From Anaerolineae bacterium (GTDB taxonomy: Bacteria > Chloroflexota > Anaerolineae > Promineifilales > Promineifilaceae): 11,057 nucleotides of DNA. Both the position numbers and the translations under genes were made by a program. This document shows positions 6,532 through 11,057 of this stretch, piece by piece. The DNA lies in assembly GCA_035459145.1 (NCBI GenBank), contig DATHYN010000168.1, positions 1 through 11,057 of the forward strand, in the 5' to 3' direction. Numbering within the stretch: the stretch's first letter is position 1; the number at the start of each line of letters is the position of its first letter. The notes beneath the pieces are model-generated. The model was not told the DNA's origin and searched no databases. It worked only from the letters and a program-made list of their open reading frames with translations.

Positions 6532-7920
6532 ATGTCTCTCATCATTCGTCATGAAGAAGATGAACAACGTCAGATGACGGTTATAGTGGAAGTGCCCGAA
6601 GAGCGGGTCCAAAAAAAGATGCGTCAAGTGGCGCGCAAAGTGAGCCAAGGTGTTAATATTCCTGGTTTTCGTAAAGGGAAAGCCCCTTACAATATTGTTG
6701 TGCGTTATTTTGGTGAAGCTTCTTTGCGCCAAGATGCGGTTGATGAGTTGTTACAACCCGTTTTCCAAGAGACTTTGGCTGAAATTGCCGTTGATCCCTA
6801 TGCCCAACCTCACTTACATGATTTGAAAATAGATCCATTGGTGGTTGAATTTTTGATTCCTTTGGCGCCTGAAGTTAAATTGGGTGGTTATCGCTCGATG
6901 CGTAAAGAGATTGAGCCGATTGAAATCACCGATGAAGCGATTGATGAAGCGTTAAAGCAAGTGCAAGAACGTCATCAAGTAGTGGAACCAGTTGAACGGC
7001 CGATTGAAGCGGGTGATTTGGTTACCTTAGGTGGCGAAGGACGTTTGAAAGATGAAGAAGACGAAGCGATCGCGGCGATCTTCAATGAGGAACGGTTAGA
7101 GTTGACGATGGAAGGGGATAGCATTTTCTTTGGTCAAGCATTTGTTGATCCGTTGTTGGGGTTAAGTGCTGGTGAAAGCAAAACATTTGAAATCACATTT
7201 GATGAAGATTTTGGTGATGAAGAGTTAGCTGGCCGTGAAGCGACCTTTACCATTGAGATTCATGAGGTCAAAAGCCGTAAATTGCCAGAATTGGATGATG
7301 AACTGGCGCGTGATGAGGGTGAGTTTGATACATTAGATGAGTTGCGGGCTTCTTTGGCTGACGAGTTGCAAAAGCGGGCAGAAGAGCAAGCGAAATCTGA
7401 TTTGTTAGAAGAGATGGTTGATCGGTTGCTTGAAGATGTAGAAATGGTGTATCCGCCAGCGGCGATTCAACAAGAAGTTGATAATATGATCAACGAGTAT
7501 AAGCAGCAGGTGACGCAATCGGGTTGGGATTGGGAGCAGTTTTTGACATTGCAACGGACGAGTGAAGAGAAATTGCATGAAGAGTGGGCCGAGCGTGGTG
7601 AAGAGCGTTTGCGTCGTCGGTTAGCGTTACAGCAATTTGTCTTTGATGAGATGTTGCAAGTGAATTCTGAGGATTTGGAAGCAGCTTTAGATGCGCGCAT
7701 CGAGGCGATGGGTATTGATGATGAAGAGTTACGTAACAGTATGCGTCAAATTTTCCAAGGGCCAGGTGGCGCGGAGATGATGGCTAATGAAGTGATCATT
7801 GATAAGGCTGTCAAACGGATTGAAGAGATTTTTGCTGGTGAAGCGCTTTCCTTGGAAGAGATTAAGGCGGCGCAAGAGGCGGCGCAAGAAGCGGCGCAAG
7901 AGGCGGCAGAAGAAGAGTAA
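6532..7920 (+). CDS. tig: Trigger factor (ribosome-associated peptidyl-prolyl isomerase/chaperone)
   Basis: The N-terminal ribosome-binding signature is GFRKGKAPYNIV. Length is 462 aa. The SD GAGG at 6519-6522 lies 9 nt before the ATG. The conserved tig-clpP gene order supports the call. Confidence 0.93.
   Translation: MSLIIRHEEDEQRQMTVIVEVPEERVQKKMRQVARKVSQGVNIPGFRKGKAPYNIVVRYFGEASLRQDAVDELLQPVFQETLAEIAVDPYAQPHLHDLKIDPLVVEFLIPLAPEVKLGGYRSMRKEIEPIEITDEAIDEALKQVQERHQVVEPVERPIEAGDLVTLGGEGRLKDEEDEAIAAIFNEERLELTMEGDSIFFGQAFVDPLLGLSAGESKTFEITFDEDFGDEELAGREATFTIEIHEVKSRKLPELDDELARDEGEFDTLDELRASLADELQKRAEEQAKSDLLEEMVDRLLEDVEMVYPPAAIQQEVDNMINEYKQQVTQSGWDWEQFLTLQRTSEEKLHEEWAERGEERLRRRLALQQFVFDEMLQVNSEDLEAALDARIEAMGIDDEELRNSMRQIFQGPGGAEMMANEVIIDKAVKRIEEIFAGEALSLEEIKAAQEAAQEAAQEAAEEE
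7867..7908 (+). repeat. In-frame 12-nt tandem repeat (gcggcgcaagar, three copies plus a partial) encoding the acidic tail AAQEAAQEAAQEAAEEE at the tig C-terminus
   Basis: Direct reading: gcggcgcaagag gcggcgcaagaa gcggcgcaagag gcggca. The repeat is in frame with tig and ends at stop TAA 7918-7920. Confidence 0.8.
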
Positions 7921-8006
7921 ATTCAGCCGTACCAACGTAATGTTAACATAAGTATGTCATAATAGGATGATGTATTTTATTAAAACCTTAACTTTGAGAA
8001 ATTCGT

Positions 8007-8012
8007 AAGGAG
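8007..8012 (+). promoter_or_regulatory. Shine-Dalgarno AAGGAG, 6 nt upstream of the clpP ATG
   Basis: Sequence cgtAAGGAGctcagtATG. Confidence 0.7.
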
Positions 8013-8018
8013 CTCAGT

Positions 8019-8663
8019 ATGAACTTTCCTACTTCTTTAGTGCCGATGGTTGTCGAGACAAGTGGTCGTGGTGAACGGGCATTTGATATCTATTCATTAT
8101 TGCTACGTAATCGTATCGTAGTGATGGGCACCCCAATTAACGATCAAGTGGCCAATTCTATTGTGGCACAATTGCTTTATTTAGAAAGCGAAGACCCGGA
8201 TAAACCGATTAATATGTATATTAATTCACCTGGTGGTCAGGTTTATTCTGGTATGGCTATTTATGACACAATGCAAGGGTTGAAATGCCCTATTTCTACG
8301 GCTGCGGTTGGTTTTACAGCTAGCTTTGGGACGGTTTTGTTGACCGCTGGTACAAAAGGTATGCGTTATGCGTTGCCCAATGCGACGATCCATATGCATC
8401 AACCGTTAGGTGGTGCTCAAGGTCAGGCCTCTGATATTGCTATTCAGGCGCAAGAAATTTTGCGTTTGCGTGCTTCCTTGAATCAAATTTTGAGCTATCA
8501 TACCGGTCAAGATTTGGATCAAATTGTTAAAGATACAGATCGTGATATTTATATGGGTGCGCAAGAAGCGAAAGAGTACGGATTAGTTGATGAAGTGTTG
8601 ACTAACAGTACGTTTGATGCTTTGAAAGCACAATTTGGCAAAAATGGCAGTGGTGATGCGTAG
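8019..8663 (+). CDS. clpP: ATP-dependent Clp protease proteolytic subunit
   Basis: The catalytic triad context is Ser in GFTASFG, His in [10 protein letters not shown] and Asp in [50 protein letters not shown] is the classic ClpP N-region. Length is 214 aa. Confidence 0.95.
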   Translation: MNFPTSLVPMVVETSGRGERAFDIYSLLLRNRIVVMGTPINDQVANSIVAQLLYLESEDPDKPINMYINSPGGQVYSGMAIYDTMQGLKCPISTAAVGFTASFGTVLLTAGTKGMRYALPNATIHMHQPLGGAQGQASDIAIQAQEILRLRASLNQILSYHTGQDLDQIVKDTDRDIYMGAQEAKEYGLVDEVLTNSTFDALKAQFGKNGSGDA

Positions 8664-8694
8664 AACACAGCTATTAAAGCTTTGATTTTGTTAG

Positions 8695-8731
8695 AAAACC
8701 GAGATGGCTAGTAGCTATCTCGGTTTTTTTT
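8695..8731 (+). terminator. Strong intrinsic terminator after clpP, with an A-tract upstream that could also act in the reverse direction
   Basis: aaaaCCGAGATGGCT-agt-AGCTATCTCGGtttttttt. The stem is 11-12 bp (7 perfect bp plus an extension with one G-T wobble), followed by eight T residues at 8724-8731. Confidence 0.75.
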
Positions 8732-8898
8732 GCTGTTAGACTAGAAGTATATTGCGTTTGAAAGTGTAGGGATTATAAGCAATCGTCATATGGAGTTGCG
8801 GTAGTTGCCAACAAACTTTATAATTATGGTTTGAAATATTTTATTGATATGGCAACATTAAATTTTTAGATGTTGGTAAATATAATAGGTTATGAGTT

Positions 8899-10770
8899 AT
8901 GAACTGGTTTAAACCGTTGGTGTTTAATCGTTATACAATTGGGTTACTTTTAAGTTTCTTGCCAATTTTACTGCTTGTTGGCGGTCATCGGGTGTGGTTG
9001 CATGTTGTTGAGGCGTCGCCAGCGGAAACGGCCGTTTCTCATACACTTTCCTTTAGTTCAACAACATATACTCGGGCTGAAAATGGTTCTTCGGCAACAA
9101 TTATTATTAATTTGAGTAGCACTGAGACACCAACGCAAACAATGCAAATTGAGTATTTAGTCTTGCCAGGGACAGCTACTGAGGGGGTTGACTATATTGA
9201 AACAAGTGGTATTTTGACGTTTACACAATCGATCACCTCCCGTAGTTTTACGGTGGTTATTCAGGATGATACGATAGATGAGCCTAATGAAACGGTTAAC
9301 TTGGTATTGCGTAACCCCGTTAATGCGATCATAGGAACGGGTGAGGCGGTATTAACAATCACTGATAATGATCCTCCGCCCACTAATACGCCTGTGTCTC
9401 AGCCCACGAGTACGGCGTTGTATATTGATCTCTATGAGCAAAACAATAATTTAAATAGCGCTTATACTGTATATGCTAATGATAGTGCTGCCTGTGATAT
9501 CACCTTGTGGCCAGTTGGTGATGTGGACTTTTTCCGTTTTGAAGGGAAGGCTGGTTCGGTATATGAGGTAGAAACCTCTAACTTGGATGGTGGTATTGAT
9601 ACCTATCTTACTGTGTATGATACGCAAGGTAATGTTATTGATAGTAACGATGATTATCAGTCGACATCAAGAGCATCGTTTGTGCAAATTTCGGCGCACG
9701 TTGATGGATTTTATTTTGCGCGTATTGTTAATCAGGCGAGTGTTGATCCCGCTGACCAACGGTATTGTTTTGATGTGACTGAAATTCAAGGGACATCAAC
9801 ACCAGCTCCAACGGCGACACCATCACGGATACCGATTAATGATGATTGTGATGAAGTTAATTCAAACTTATCTTTCCAAGAAGCATGTTTTATCAGTGTT
9901 GATGAGATAATTAATGCTTCGTTTGTGCCTGTTGTAGGGGATGGCCCAGATAATGATTTTTATCGTTTGTGGGTTAAGGCTGGGTTTTTGTACACATGCG
10001 AAACCTCTAATTTGTCCAGTGAAACGGATACCAATCTGATTTTATATTTAGGGCCAGGAGATCAATATCTTTATGGTGGTAATGATGACCGTGAACCAGG
10101 TGATTTGAGTAGTGAATTAAGTTATTATGCGACCTATACAGGTTGGCTGTATGCTTTGGTCGGTCCGGTTCATATCCCTGAATATGAATATTCAGGTCGT
10201 TTTACCTATCGATTTGGGTGTAGTGCTATTTATGCCACACCGACACCATCACCAACAGCAACGCGCACGCCATATGTTCCGCCAACAGGCGGTGGTGGTG
10301 GTGGTGGTGGTGGTAGTTTCCCGACACGGACACCGACACGGACACCAACAGTAGCAGCTACAACTACCCCCATTGTAATTACTGTCGGTCCGCCAGATAC
10401 ACCCACACCAACACCTCGGCCTAATGTGGAGATACAGCCATTACCAACAAGCACACCATTTGCCCCACCAGCGCCGCAAAGTGCGACGATTGATGTGGTG
10501 ATATATTATGATGAGAATAATAATTACACCCCAGAGTTGCCTGAAGGTGTGATGGATTTAGGGGTGGCATTGTATGACCAAACAACAGGCCAGCTGTTAG
10601 CTTTTGGTTATACAAATGAGGCGGGTAGTGTACGGTTTGGTCCGTTAGCCACTCAAGGAGCTGTACGTGTTTCCGTTCCTTATTTGAATGTTGAGCAGTC
10701 GAGTACGGCAGGTACAGATACAATATTGATTCGCGTGGCACCAGGGACATTGCCCGGTGGTACGCCGTAA
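8899..10770 (+). CDS. Membrane-anchored or secreted multidomain surface protein: N-terminal signal/anchor, a Calx-beta domain, two pre-peptidase C-terminal (PPC)-like domains, a Pro/Thr/Gly linker, and a C-terminal SdrD-B/Cna-B-like beta-sandwich. Function unknown.
   Basis: The hydrophobic N-terminus is IGLLLSFLPILLLVGG. Calx-beta: ...LVLPGTATEGVDYIETSGILTFTQSITSRSFTVVIQDDTIDEPNETVNLVLRNPVNAIIGTGEAVLTITDND, carrying the DDxxxE calcium-site motif. PPC-like 1: GDVDFFRFEGKAGSVYEVETSNLDGGIDTYLTVYDTQGNVIDSNDDY...DGFYFARI. PPC-like 2: DNDFYRLWVKAGFLYTCETSNLSSETDTNLILY...YLYGGNDD...GWLYALV. The linker is TPTPSPTATRTPYVPPTGGGGGGGGGSFPTRTPTRTPT. The C-terminal domain DVVIYYDENNNYTPELPEGVMDLGVALYDQTTGQLLAFGYTNEAGSVRFGPL resembles SdrD B-like repeats. 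The SD is weak (AGG). Confidence 0.8.
   Translation: MNWFKPLVFNRYTIGLLLSFLPILLLVGGHRVWLHVVEASPAETAVSHTLSFSSTTYTRAENGSSATIIINLSSTETPTQTMQIEYLVLPGTATEGVDYIETSGILTFTQSITSRSFTVVIQDDTIDEPNETVNLVLRNPVNAIIGTGEAVLTITDNDPPPTNTPVSQPTSTALYIDLYEQNNNLNSAYTVYANDSAACDITLWPVGDVDFFRFEGKAGSVYEVETSNLDGGIDTYLTVYDTQGNVIDSNDDYQSTSRASFVQISAHVDGFYFARIVNQASVDPADQRYCFDVTEIQGTSTPAPTATPSRIPINDDCDEVNSNLSFQEACFISVDEIINASFVPVVGDGPDNDFYRLWVKAGFLYTCETSNLSSETDTNLILYLGPGDQYLYGGNDDREPGDLSSELSYYATYTGWLYALVGPVHIPEYEYSGRFTYRFGCSAIYATPTPSPTATRTPYVPPTGGGGGGGGGSFPTRTPTRTPTVAATTTPIVITVGPPDTPTPTPRPNVEIQPLPTSTPFAPPAPQSATIDVVIYYDENNNYTPELPEGVMDLGVALYDQTTGQLLAFGYTNEAGSVRFGPLATQGAVRVSVPYLNVEQSSTAGTDTILIRVAPGTLPGGTP
10291..10314 (+). repeat. 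(GGT)8 trinucleotide microsatellite, in frame. With the preceding GGC it encodes Gly9 in the linker of the surface protein.
   Basis: Direct reading: ggc ggt ggt ggt ggt ggt ggt ggt ggt agt. Confidence 0.9.
10321..10344 (+). repeat. In-frame 12-nt tandem duplication ccgacacggaca (two copies) encoding PTRTPTRT in the linker
   Basis: Direct reading: ccgacacggaca ccgacacggaca ccaaca. Confidence 0.8.
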
Positions 10771-10797
10771 CGAGAAAACATCGAGAAGAGAATAGGT

Positions 10798-11057
10798 ATG
10801 GATCACGAAACGATAACATCAGAAAGTGGGCAAAGCCGTTTATTATATGCGGCTATTGCTATTATGCTAATGGGTTTGGTATTAATTGTCATTTTTGCAT
10901 ATGTGATATTTTTTGATCCACAACCATCAGATGTTGACTTGACACCAACTCCGTTTGTGCCGACAGCGACCCCTAATTTTGTTAACACATCAGCTGAAGA
11001 TAAGATTGTGGTCGAAAATTTACAGGATACGATTACGTTAACATTGGATAGTCCCGT
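10798..11057 (+). CDS. 3'-truncated CDS, continuing beyond the window: small N-terminal cytoplasmic tail, one TM helix, then a Pro/Thr-rich linker. It is a second anchored protein, probably co-transcribed with the upstream surface-protein gene.
   Basis: ATG at 10798 in frame 1 is open to the window end: MDHETITSESGQSRLLYAAIAIMLMGLVLIVIFAYVIFFDPQPSDVDLTPTPFVPTATPNF... No terminator lies between 10770 and 10798. It is absent from the ORF track only because no stop codon falls inside the window. Confidence 0.55.
   Translation, partial: MDHETITSESGQSRLLYAAIAIMLMGLVLIVIFAYVIFFDPQPSDVDLTPTPFVPTATPNFVNTSAEDKIVVENLQDTITLTLDSP

Noticed and set aside
6051-6732. Small minus-strand ORFs (6051..6275, 6146..6400, 6166..6366, 6354..6545, 6490..6732) across the AT-rich intergenic region, the tRNA and the tig start
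   Set aside because: They overlap the tRNA and its promoter and terminator, or run antisense to the tig 5' end. Stop-poor AT-rich sequence in one frame explains them. They have no SD.
6653-7935. Minus-strand ORFs 6653..6838, 7467..7700 and 7729..7935 antisense to tig
   Set aside because: tig is unambiguous. The antisense ORFs are short, Arg/Leu-rich reverse-frame artefacts, for example of the GAA/GCG repeat tail.
8805-8824. TTGCCA-8-TATAAT upstream of the surface-protein gene as a sigma70 promoter
   Set aside because: An 8-nt spacer is incompatible with sigma70. I kept only the motif observation.
9587-10819. ORFs 9587..9778, 10127..10354, 10230..10454 and 10421..10819 within or antisense to the surface-protein CDS
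   Set aside because: They are out-of-frame or antisense shadows with repetitive translations (His/Gln/Val runs, poly-Pro) arising from the GGT/ACN-rich linker DNA.
1-11057. CRISPR arrays, transposases, integrases, IS elements
   Set aside because: None seen. The only repeats are short in-frame coding tandem repeats and the (GGT)8 tract.

Overview
The window is an 11-kb chromosomal segment that looks bacterial. GC content is in the mid-to-high 40s percent by eye, and I did not compute it. Pro/Thr-rich linkers, clusters of several kinases, and secreted proteins combining LysM/YkuD or Calx-beta/PPC domains suggest a Chloroflexota-like organism. That taxon call is inference only.

Gene order:
- The 3' part of a hybrid sensor kinase (end of HATPase, then REC, REC, Hpt) is translationally coupled to a REC-HisKA-HATPase kinase.
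- A membrane-anchored LysM/YkuD L,D-transpeptidase sits on the minus strand and overlaps the second kinase convergently by 30 bp.
- A minus-strand operon encodes a class I/II PLP aminotransferase followed by a BtuF-like (Peripla_BP_2) binding protein with no signal peptide.
- An AT-rich divergent control region follows.
- tRNA-Leu(UAG) has its own sigma70-like promoter and an intrinsic terminator.
- Trigger factor (tig) and clpP follow. clpP ends in a strong terminator and no clpX follows.
- Last is a 623-aa membrane-anchored multidomain protein (Calx-beta, two PPC-like domains, a Pro/Thr/Gly linker, and an SdrD-B/Cna-B-like domain), then the start of a second anchored PT-linker protein.

There are no CRISPR arrays, transposases or integrases.

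The most distinctive global signal is strand composition. The + strand has G well above C whatever the gene orientation, so minus-strand genes have C-rich coding strands and inverted third-position preferences.

The best candidate for undescribed biology is the surface-protein locus at 8899 onward, which carries an in-frame (GGT)8 microsatellite. The two-kinase phosphorelay with no output domain in view is the second candidate.
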